Shown: positions 1 to 7,537 of the stretch, one piece after another
Layout of the letters: every line of letters starts with the position of its first letter
Numbering within the stretch: position 1 is the first letter of the stretch
Source: a bacterium
Lineage (GTDB): Bacteria; Zhuqueibacterota; Zhuqueibacteria; Zhuqueibacterales; Zhuqueibacteraceae
Length of the DNA: 64,000 nt
Direction: 5' to 3'
NCBI GenBank assembly: GCA_044869275.1
Contig: JBIOXB010000137.1
Span: 1 to 64,000, forward strand
The notes under the pieces: model-generated
Told to the model about the DNA's origin: nothing
Database searches by the model: none
Seen by the model: the letters and a program-made list of their open reading frames with translations, nothing else
Made by a program: the position numbers and the translations under genes

Positions 1-76
1 CACCGGAGAAAATACCAATCAGGCTTATGATCGTGTGCACCACAGTAAAAGCAAATGTTGACATACCCAAAATCAT
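1..76 (-). CDS. 5' end of a hypothetical membrane protein, runs off the window edge
   Basis: Minus strand reads AAGGAGG RBS, then ATG at 76: MILGMSTFAFTVVHTIISLIGIFSG (hydrophobic). Confidence 0.6.
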   Translation of the reverse strand, partial: MILGMSTFAFTVVHTIISLIGIFSG

Positions 77-325
77 GACTCGCCTCCTTGCAAGAATCAT
101 CAGCCAGCTAAATGAAAAACACAGACTCCACATCGCGGCAGCATCGCAACCAAAAACTTTGCTAAGCATGCAGAGTCTTGCAAATTTGTACTACAAAGAA
201 CACAAAATTGCAAGAAGAAAAATCAGGCGAATGCCCGTTTTCACTTTCAATTTATTGAATGTGAAGATGGGCTGTTTTTTTGCTGAGAACACGCCCAAGT
301 GAGGGCTCCCAAATCCGATCATTCA

Positions 326-438
326 AAAGACAGAAAAATGGAAGGCAGAAAAATGTTTCTGGCTTCTCGTTGCTCCGCGGTGAGCATTGCTTTGATGATG
401 CCAAACTCCATGTTTTTGCCTCTCATTTTTCTGTCTTT
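326..438. repeat. Palindromic intergenic element with a 15-bp perfect inverted repeat
   Basis: AAAGACAGAAAAATG (326-340) / CATTTTTCTGTCTTT (424-438); related GACAGAAAGATG arms near 9065-9095 and 20477-20573. Confidence 0.65.
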
Positions 439-725
439 GCTTTTGTTTAAGCCGACTGAACACTATAAAGCATTCGGAATCTTTTTGTTCTGTGAGTGTG
501 AATTCGAACCTATCGTGTTCACCGTCCGGGCGCTAAGATTAATGTACGCACGTGGTAAACCAGGCAAGCGCCCGGACGGTGATTGAACTGTTACGAATTT
601 GCAACCACACTTGTCGCAATACAATCCAGATGCCAATTGTATGTCATTGATAACACCTTGGCCCACGTATCACAAAATTGCGATCTTTGTGAATTCGCGA
701 AGTTTTCGTGAAGGATATCAGGGGC

Positions 726-789
726 GAAGTCCGACTTGTACGAGACGAGTTTTGTAAACATCGGAGCCTTTGGGCACAAGTCGGACTTC
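726..789. repeat. 14-bp perfect inverted repeat
   Basis: GAAGTCCGACTTGT (726-739) / ACAAGTCGGACTTC (776-789). Confidence 0.7.
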
Positions 790-971
790 ATTCACCGCAC
801 GTCGGGGCTGAGCAGTGACTTTGACTCGGATGTGATGAGAAAAATGCGGCGAAGGAGAGCTTGCACGTATCGCGAAGAAGCTTGATTAAATCACGCATCG
901 AAAACTCTAACCTTGACAGAGATAACATCGTCGTCTATATTCAACCGATTAACAAAAGGCAGAACTCCTCT

Positions 972-1334
972 ATGAACCTCGATTCTCCAAAAGCAGGCCG
1001 CGAGCTTGATGCTTTGATTGGTGAAAAGATCTTCGGCGTGCGCTACGAATTCATGCATAATGATTACATGATTCCCGACCCCGAAGATCCGGTTGCGTAC
1101 GATGTTTGCCCTCATTATTCAACCGATATTGCCGCCGCGTGGCAGGTGCTTGAGAAACTATTGACCATGACTGAAAACCGGGATATTCACCTCGAGCATC
1201 TGGGAAACGACGAGACTGAGGGATATTGGGGAGTTTCGACTTGCTATCAGTTGGGTGAATGGCAGGACTGGATGAGGGCGGAGACTGCGCCTTTGGCAAT
1301 TTGCCTTGCCGCACTCCAAACAATTGCGGCGTAG
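972..1334 (+). CDS. Phage ABA sandwich domain (BC1872-like) protein
   Basis: Motifs GRELDALIGEKIFG, PHYSTDIAAAWQVLEKL, AETAPLAICLAAL; ATG at 972 preferred over TTG at 861. Confidence 0.8.
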   Translation: MNLDSPKAGRELDALIGEKIFGVRYEFMHNDYMIPDPEDPVAYDVCPHYSTDIAAAWQVLEKLLTMTENRDIHLEHLGNDETEGYWGVSTCYQLGEWQDWMRAETAPLAICLAALQTIAA

Positions 1335-1654
1335 ATCTTCAAGCTGGAAAAACGCTGAAATCCGCTGGGCACCAAGGAGATTAAATCCAACCAGAGATGT
1401 ACCTTCCGAATTCAGAAATCGCGAGTCCCGATTTCGAATCGTTGCAGAAGCTAGTTCGCTGATACTTGCCATCTTGATAGACTCACTTTTTGCTGGATAC
1501 TGGTATATTGTTTTTATTAACTTTAATCTGAATTATACTATTTTGGTCGTTGATTCAACCATCTACTGCCGCCGCGAAAGTACCCTTCAACATACCGAAT
1601 GCCTTTGCAGCACTCTATGATTGTTATTTTTTTACTATTTGTAAAAAAATTTAC

Positions 1655-1683
1655 TTGCATAAGACTTTCATTTTTTGTATATA
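1655..1683 (+). promoter_or_regulatory. Sigma70-like promoter for the retron operon
   Basis: TTGCAT (1655-1660), 17-bp spacer, TATATA (1678-1683), AT-rich upstream tract. Confidence 0.6.
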
Positions 1684-1689
1684 GTATTC

Positions 1690-1979
1690 AGTTGGGTGCT
1701 ACGCCCTGTTCTTTGAAATTGGAATGATCATGTGGTGCAAGTCGCAGAATTTCTCCTTCGACGCCGTCTAATTTATTCGTCCGGCGTCAAGCTCCTGTTT
1801 GGGAGCATAAATGGATCTCAAATCCAACTCAGGTTGCTAGATCTGAGACGCTTTTGCGCAGTACGGGAAGTATATGCCTGTTTATCCTCAACAACGGCAT
1901 ATTCGTTCACAGGTTTTTGGAAGGATGAGTAAGATATATTCATTCCTGATTAGCTACCAATTTCAAAAGGAGAAGTTCA
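1690..1979 (+). ncRNA. Putative retron msr-msd non-coding RNA
   Basis: a1/a2-like 11-bp inverted repeat TTTGAAATTGG (1712-1722) / CCAATTTCAAA (1957-1967) enclosing hairpins at 1760-1788, 1791-1806, 1816-1848, 1872-1902 and 1923-1946; upstream of a retron RT. Confidence 0.75.
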
Positions 1980-2243
1980 ATGACCGATGATGACGCTCAA
2001 GAACGGGCGTTAAGTTTGCTTGAAGAAGCTCTACAAAAAGCAGAGATGCTTTTGACTTCTTCAACACATGATCAATTGTTAGTTAGGTCTCTTTTACATG
2101 ACCTGACGAGATTAAAAACACAACTGGATGGTTTAAGGCTCAGTGGTGTTCCTCGGAAAGTGCCGGACGACGAATTTTGGCCGGTAGTTTCGCTGATTTT
2201 TTCGAAGATAGCTGAACTGCTAGTTGAAAAGCTCTTCAAATGA
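1980..2243 (+). CDS. Small helical protein, candidate retron effector/toxin
   Basis: 87 aa; strong RBS AAGGAG; coiled-coil-like N-terminus and amphipathic C-terminal helix FWPVVSLIFSKIAELLVEKLFK; lies between the ncRNA and HTH-RT. Confidence 0.7.
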   Translation: MTDDDAQERALSLLEEALQKAEMLLTSSTHDQLLVRSLLHDLTRLKTQLDGLRLSGVPRKVPDDEFWPVVSLIFSKIAELLVEKLFK

Positions 2244-2336
2244 TCGCCGAGGCAATCTCAATAAAGTAGGTTACGGGAAGAGACTTCCAAAACTGTCATC
2301 AATTTTCACTAAATATACACGCGCGAGGTCGTTGCC

Positions 2337-2681
2337 ATGACTCAGATGGGAGATGTGCTCAAGCATCTACGAATAGCATCACGTATTAAACAGAAAGCAA
2401 TGGCTGAACAACTTGGTATCTCACCAACCTATCTTTCGCTAATTGAGAACGGCCAACGAGAGCCAAGTATTGAAATCTTAGAAAAATACGCCGGCTCACT
2501 CAACGTACCCTTGGCCTTCCTTATCCTGCAAACTGAGGGCGATCTCCAGAGCTTAGATACTGAGCAACTGGAGTTGTTCGAACAAATTCGAAGACTCTTG
2601 TTTGACTTCCAGAAACTTAGATCTCAATCATCAGTGAAAAAACCCCATGGGAAGCAGTTCAAGAAAATGCGAGACTCTTAA
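2337..2681 (+). CDS. XRE/Cro-C1 family HTH protein (retron-associated)
   Basis: LKHLRIASRIKQKAMAEQLGISPTYLSLIENGQREPSIEILEKYA; overlaps the RT start by 35 nt. Confidence 0.9.
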   Translation: MTQMGDVLKHLRIASRIKQKAMAEQLGISPTYLSLIENGQREPSIEILEKYAGSLNVPLAFLILQTEGDLQSLDTEQLELFEQIRRLLFDFQKLRSQSSVKKPHGKQFKKMRDS

Positions 2682-3597
2682 AATTCATACCCACAAACAT
2701 CTTCAGTACCAGCTCGGCCTGCCATTAGGTTCGCTTTTCAAAATTGCAGATAACATTGCAAGGTATTATGAACGTTACGAAAGTGCCAAATCAGGAAAAC
2801 ATAGAATCTATTACAATCCAAAACCTGAATTGCGCGAGGTTCAAAATCGAATAAAGCAGTTACTCGAGCGTCTTTCACTGCCAGAATATTTGAAAGGCGG
2901 GATCAAGGGTGGGTCTGCGTTTACAAACGCTCAAAATCACCTCAATGCAAAGTTCTTACTGAATCTTGACGTTTCCAATTTTTATCCTACCATAAAACCC
3001 AAACGCGTTTATCAGTTGTTTATAAAGCTTGAATGTCAGCCTGATATTGCAAGGCTGCTGACAAGATTAACCACCGCCGACTATCACCTACCCACTGGAT
3101 TCATCACAAGTCCATTGATCGCCAATTTGATCATACACGATTCCTTCGGAGCACGGCTGTACGAATTAGCGCAGAGCCACAAGGCAAAATACACTCAATT
3201 CTATGACGACACGACGATTTCGGGTGGAAACTCCATTTCTCGATTGCTTTTAAAGGCTAAATCAATAATTGCACAATCTGGCTTCAAAGTACATCCGAAC
3301 AAGGGTGGGTTCTTCATTGGAAAAGAGAGGCCAGCAGTCACTGGTTTTCGAGTAGGAAAAAGAATTACTATTGATCGAAAGTATCGCAGAGACTTAAGAA
3401 AAATTCTCAGCGATTGTATAAGAATCAATCCTTCAGAATTCATTCGCTCGAAATTGCTTCCCGATGGTGCGAGACGATTTGATACTGTCGAAACTTTTCG
3501 ACAACACCTTCAGGGACGCGTGAACTACTTGAAGCACGATCCCATACAATTCAAACGGTTCAAAGAACTTTTTGATCAAATTGATTGGGAGAATTAG
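2647..3597 (+). CDS. Retron-type reverse transcriptase
   Basis: 316 aa; region X NAQNH (NAxxH), LDVSNFYPTI, LPTGFITSPLIANL, catalytic YTQFYDDTTISG, region Y VTG; no maturase or endonuclease domain. Confidence 0.93.
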   Translation: MGSSSRKCETLKIHTHKHLQYQLGLPLGSLFKIADNIARYYERYESAKSGKHRIYYNPKPELREVQNRIKQLLERLSLPEYLKGGIKGGSAFTNAQNHLNAKFLLNLDVSNFYPTIKPKRVYQLFIKLECQPDIARLLTRLTTADYHLPTGFITSPLIANLIIHDSFGARLYELAQSHKAKYTQFYDDTTISGGNSISRLLLKAKSIIAQSGFKVHPNKGGFFIGKERPAVTGFRVGKRITIDRKYRRDLRKILSDCIRINPSEFIRSKLLPDGARRFDTVETFRQHLQGRVNYLKHDPIQFKRFKELFDQIDWEN

Positions 3598-3604
3598 CAA
3601 AACT

Positions 3605-3930
3605 CACAATTTATCCTCCTCCAGAATTGGGCTATTGAAGCACACCTTCGATTCCCAATCATCCAACATTTCTCGTGATTCTTCACTTGTCACCCGCACA
3701 TATTGGCAATTGATCAACGAGTCCTTGTAGCGAATGAATCCGCGTCGGTTTGCACAGCTGCGATGACCCTGGCACCAAACCGATCTTTCTTAATGCGGTG
3801 AAGGTTTACTAGAAGTAACCGGGGCCAGACCATCCGAAAACAATAGCAGCGCATTCCAATCTTGCCTCGTTACAAAAGCACTCGCACCGATTCTTGTCAT
3901 CCCAACTCGACCTACTTTACTTTCTTCCTC
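3605..3930 (-). pseudogene. Possible degenerate PemK/MazF-like toxin remnant
   Basis: Broken minus-strand frames give AFVTRQDWNALL..LAPVTSSK and KDSLINCQYVRV, resembling MazF motifs. Confidence 0.3.
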
Positions 3931-3976
3931 ATTCTAAAGCTCGAACGATTTAAACGTAAACGACCTGTTTACCCGG

Positions 3977-4445
3977 CTAAGAAGCCTGCAACTCCTCCAA
4001 GCAAGAAACAAAACCAATTTTATATCTGCCCAAAATACGCCGCACATATCCCTTGCCGCACCAATAACTCAGCACGATAATTATCAACCCGCCGGCGAGC
4101 CAGAGGAAAACAGTGGTAGGCTCGCCGCTATGTTTGGCAAGCATGAAGAATTCCAGAAGCACGATCATACTCACGATGAGCACCGTGTAAGTTTTCATGG
4201 TGGAATCCAGTTTGCCAATCATGTAGGTCAGGGATTCGCGCAGGCTCCCGGTCAAATGCACGGAGCGCAGTTGCCGGGACTTGAACGAGAGTGTGGCGAT
4301 GAGCATGCCGACCAACAGCAGCATGAATCCCAAGTAGAGCGCGTTGGTCAAATATTCAGGCCTTGCGAAGCATTGGTAAAGACGATGGCGAGGATTATCG
4401 GCAACCGGAGATTTCCGTGCATAGCCTGCGGATTTTCTGCGAAAA
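3977..4445 (-). pseudogene. Degenerate duplicate of the membrane-protein gene at 6941-7537
   Basis: 3948-4445 aligns by eye to 6912-7425, with a small in-frame deletion, a frameshift near 4350 and no 5' end. Confidence 0.85.
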
Positions 4446-4529
4446 CTCGACAAGAACCTGCTGGTTACCCCGTGTAGTGGCATAGACTCTACTCACTAAC
4501 GACCTTTGCAACTCTCTTACGCAGTTTCG

Positions 4530-4652
4530 TAGAGTTGATATTCTCCTTTCATCTCGAACGAGAGAGCCGAAGAGCCCCGCCCATTTCACCAAGTAGCGCC
4601 GTAAAATCGGCAGGATTTTCTGTTTGATCTCGTCAATATTATTTGGGGCCAT
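4530..4652 (-). pseudogene. Truncated duplicate of the nucleotidyltransferase gene at 5264-5554
   Basis: MAPNNIDEIKQKILPILRRYLVKWAGLFGSLVR nearly matches the N-terminus of 5264-5554, then diverges before DxD. Confidence 0.8.
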
Positions 4653-4699
4653 GGTTCATTCCTCATTGATCCTGCCAATATCCAATGGCCTGTCTCCAT

Positions 4700-5059
4700 T
4701 CATGCCTGCGCTACGCGCGTCCGGTTAGACAAACGCTTGGCGCCCGCTTTCGGCTTGTGCATTTGTTCTGAGGAATTGACCAAACCTACTTGAAGCCGCT
4801 TTCCTAATGCCAACGCCGCACGTTCCAAGGTTTGCAGGGTAACAGAACCGTTTTCAGGGTCAAGCAAACGCTCAAGCGCGGCACGGCTTGTTTTCATGCG
4901 TTTTGCCATCACCGTTTTGGTAATGTTGGACGATTCCATCAACTGTGATATTTGATAAGCAACGCCCCGTTTGACTGCTACGGCTTCGGCTTCAACAAGC
5001 AAACCTTCATCCTCAAGAAATTCATCAAAATTACTGCCCACATACTTCTGGTTCATCAT
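4700..5059 (-). CDS. HigA-like XRE-family antitoxin
   Basis: MNQKYVGSNFDEFLEDEG...TKTVMAKRMKTSRAALERLLDPENGSVTLQTLERAALALGKRL; own GAGGAG RBS. Confidence 0.8.
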   Translation of the reverse strand: MMNQKYVGSNFDEFLEDEGLLVEAEAVAVKRGVAYQISQLMESSNITKTVMAKRMKTSRAALERLLDPENGSVTLQTLERAALALGKRLQVGLVNSSEQMHKPKAGAKRLSNRTRVAQA

Positions 5060-5074
5060 TGACTCCTCATCATT

Positions 5075-5179
5075 GATTCTCTTTTCTGAACGCGATAAGC
5101 TGCGAAACCATTCTCGAACAGGTTCATTGCCCGATTCGGTTCTATAAAAATTGCCTTGCAGGCGCACCCCGGTGTTCAT
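5075..5179 (-). pseudogene. N-terminal remnant of a RelE/HigB (gp49-like) toxin
   Basis: FYRTESGNEPVREWFRSL is the typical N-terminus; only about 35 codons remain, running in frame into the antitoxin. Confidence 0.75.
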
Positions 5180-5263
5180 AGAATAAATGTACTACTTTTG
5201 ATACTCACAGTCAAACGCTGACTTTGACTAAAATGTCAGAAATGTACAAACTAACATCCTGTT

Positions 5264-5554
5264 TCATAAAATGACCAACTGCTCTCGTAAGATGGCGTCT
5301 TTAATCGTCGGCTTGATTGTGTCATACTCCACCAAATCCACGCGCCGCTCCAAACTGTCTTCAATCTCCTGTTCGATTCCGATGAAGTCGAGCAGGCTGA
5401 TGTTCCTGTCGATTTCCGCCAGAATGTCAATGTCGCTATCTTCCTTGATTTCGCCTCGAACCAGAGAGCCGAAGAGCCCCGCGCGTTTCACCGCGTGGCG
5501 GCGTAAAATCGGCAAGATCTTCTGTTTGATCTCGTCAATATTGCTCGGCAGCAT
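5264..5554 (-). CDS. Minimal nucleotidyltransferase (MNT/MntA-like)
   Basis: LFGSLVRGE..SDIDIL, RRVDLV motifs; 96 aa. Confidence 0.9.
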   Translation of the reverse strand: MLPSNIDEIKQKILPILRRHAVKRAGLFGSLVRGEIKEDSDIDILAEIDRNISLLDFIGIEQEIEDSLERRVDLVEYDTIKPTIKDAILREQLVIL

Positions 5555-5699
5555 GGTTACACCACAAGAGTAAAGTCAAACTTGCAGGAATTATTCAATT
5601 ACAGTCAATTCTAGAAAGTTCAAATCTATCCTTGATTGTCCGAAAAAAGTATGCTATTTTTTCTCGGATCAAAATTGTACTCATGGTTTGACATCATGA

Positions 5700-6059
5700 A
5701 TGAATAAGCCAAGAGAAAACGTTATGGGTCTTTCTCAACCTGGAACGACAGAAGTAGCCGCACGGATCACCCAAAGAATTGTGGAACGTTTTCATCCACT
5801 GCGTGTCATTCTATTCGGCTCTCATGCGCGCGGCGAGGCAGACAGCGACAGTGATTATGATCTGCTCATCATCGCGCCTTCAGATAAACCTCGTTGGCAA
5901 CGCACAGTGCCGGTATATCGTGCGCTTGCAGGAATGGGCGTTCCCAAAGATATTGTCTGGTGGACACCTGAGGAGATCGCAGAGTGGGACGGCGTAAAAT
6001 CGCATTTCATCAATACCGTCCTTCGCGAAGGAAAAGTTCTTTATGAAAACGCCATTTGA
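5700..6059 (+). CDS. Nucleotidyltransferase domain protein (MNT antitoxin)
   Basis: ILFGSHARGEADSDSDYDLLII; overlaps the HEPN gene. Confidence 0.9.
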   Translation: MNKPRENVMGLSQPGTTEVAARITQRIVERFHPLRVILFGSHARGEADSDSDYDLLIIAPSDKPRWQRTVPVYRALAGMGVPKDIVWWTPEEIAEWDGVKSHFINTVLREGKVLYENAI

Positions 6060-6456
6060 TAACGCCAAAGGACTTTTGGAAAAAGCGGCCAACGATTTAG
6101 TGGCAGCACAAGCTACAATGGCCACCGGTCGAGCGCTGGACACGGTTTGTTTCCATGCCCAGCAATCCGTCGAGAAAAGTTTGAAAGCAATACTCGCGTT
6201 GCATGATATTGAATACCCGCGACGGCACGATTTGAATGAGTTGATAGAATTGATCAGGCCGCTTCTCCCAGAAATCATCTCATACGAAAATCGCATCATG
6301 ACCTTGTCCCCGTTCGCTGTTGAAATTCGGTATGACACTCTGTTTGATCCATCAAGCGAAGAAGCTCACGAAGCATTAAAACTTGCAGATGAGTTTCACA
6401 CCTTTACCAGCAAGATCGTCGAAACACAAGCTCCCAACATGCCGAGCAAAAAATGA
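6043..6456 (+). CDS. HEPN domain protein
   Basis: CFHAQQSVEKSLKA, HDL, AVEIRY motifs; coupled to MNT. Confidence 0.9.
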   Translation: MKTPFDNAKGLLEKAANDLVAAQATMATGRALDTVCFHAQQSVEKSLKAILALHDIEYPRRHDLNELIELIRPLLPEIISYENRIMTLSPFAVEIRYDTLFDPSSEEAHEALKLADEFHTFTSKIVETQAPNMPSKK

Positions 6457-6505
6457 ATCAAAAACTGCTTTAGAATAGTGATAATGCTTTTCAAAGAGTG
6501 GCCAA

Positions 6506-6712
6506 ATGAGCCAATTTGTAACAGAGGCTCGCGTTGAAAAGGGCCGGTTGGAATTATTCAACATTCCCTTCTCGGATGCCACTGAAGTGAAAGTCTTCGT
6601 GATTCCCAAGGCTGATCTGTCCCGCATGTCATTTTTTGAAGCGAGAAAGTTGACCGGTTCAATCAAGGACAATCTTGCCAATAGCATTAGCAGAGAACGC
6701 GATGACAGATGA
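6506..6712 (+). CDS. Small putative antitoxin (VapB-like position)
   Basis: 68 aa ending in ISRERDDR; ATGA overlap with the PIN remnant. Confidence 0.55.
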   Translation: MSQFVTEARVEKGRLELFNIPFSDATEVKVFVIPKADLSRMSFFEARKLTGSIKDNLANSISRERDDR

Positions 6713-6858
6713 ACTTCTTTCTAGATACAAACGCGGTTGTCAAGCTATATCACCAGGCTGTCCCAGTAGATTACTTCTTTACTGCCGATAAAAAGCTTCT
6801 GAGAATCGCCAAAGTTTACTTCCCCGCCTTCAATCCAGGGCAGCCGATATCGCAATAA
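6709..6858 (+). pseudogene. VapC/PIN toxin with a large internal deletion
   Basis: 49 aa MNFFLDTNAVVKLYHQ...FFTADKKLLRIAK..FNP: PIN N- and C-terminal motifs adjacent, core missing. Confidence 0.75.
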
Positions 6859-6940
6859 GGCTGTTCAAGCAAAATATGTTTGATCGCTGAAACCGACTTG
6901 ATGTGCGGACAATTTAGACGTAAACAGCCCGTTTGCCCCG

Positions 6941-7537
6941 CTACGAAGCCTGCAACTCCTCCAAGCAAGACACCAATTGCACTTTATACTTCCCCAAAAT
7001 ACGCCGCACATATCCCTTGCCGCACCAATAACTCAATGCGATAGTTATAAACCCGCCGGCGAGCCAGAGCAACACAGTGGCAGGCTCGCCGCTATGTTTG
7101 GCAACCATGAAGAATTCTAAAAGCACGACCATGCTCACCATGAGTGCCATGTACGCGGCCATATAGCTTTTCATGGTGGAATCCAGCTTGCCAATCATGT
7201 AGGTCAAGGATTCGCGCAGACTCCCGGTCAATTGCACAGAGCGCAGTTGCCGGGATTTGTGGGAGAGTGTGGCGATGAGCATGCCGAACAACAGCAGTAT
7301 GAATCCCAAGTAGAGCACCTTGGTCAAATTCAGGCCTTGCAAGGCATTGGTCAAGAGGAGAACCAGGATGATCACGTAATAGGAAATTTCCGTACGCAGC
7401 CGGCGGCGGATTTTTCGGCGAATGTCGGTGCTTTTGTCTTGCAAGAGTTGCATGATTTCCTCCTTGCTCAATTGTTTTTCGCGCGCCTGAGCAGCAGATT
7501 CCTGTTTCCAGTTTTTTTTCAGCTCGTCCAGGTTCAT
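6941..7537 (-). CDS. Membrane protein downstream of an ECF sigma (putative anti-sigma)
   Basis: MNLDELKKNW start, about four hydrophobic segments, ATGA coupling to the sigma gene. Confidence 0.75.
   Translation of the reverse strand: MNLDELKKNWKQESAAQAREKQLSKEEIMQLLQDKSTDIRRKIRRRLRTEISYYVIILVLLLTNALQGLNLTKVLYLGFILLLFGMLIATLSHKSRQLRSVQLTGSLRESLTYMIGKLDSTMKSYMAAYMALMVSMVVLLEFFMVAKHSGEPATVLLWLAGGFITIALSYWCGKGYVRRILGKYKVQLVSCLEELQAS

Noticed and set aside
1732..1932. 66-aa ORF in the retron leader
   Set aside because: GTG start with no RBS and no protein-like composition; the region is better explained by dense RNA hairpins.
2647..3597. RT as group II intron, DGR or CRISPR-associated RT
   Set aside because: No maturase or endonuclease domain, no TR/VR repeat pair or avd, no cas genes; NAxxH and VTG point to a retron.
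4700..5179. 159-aa ORF as a genuine toxin-antitoxin fusion protein
   Set aside because: The toxin part is only about 35 codons and the antitoxin keeps its own RBS and ATG; a deletion product is more likely.
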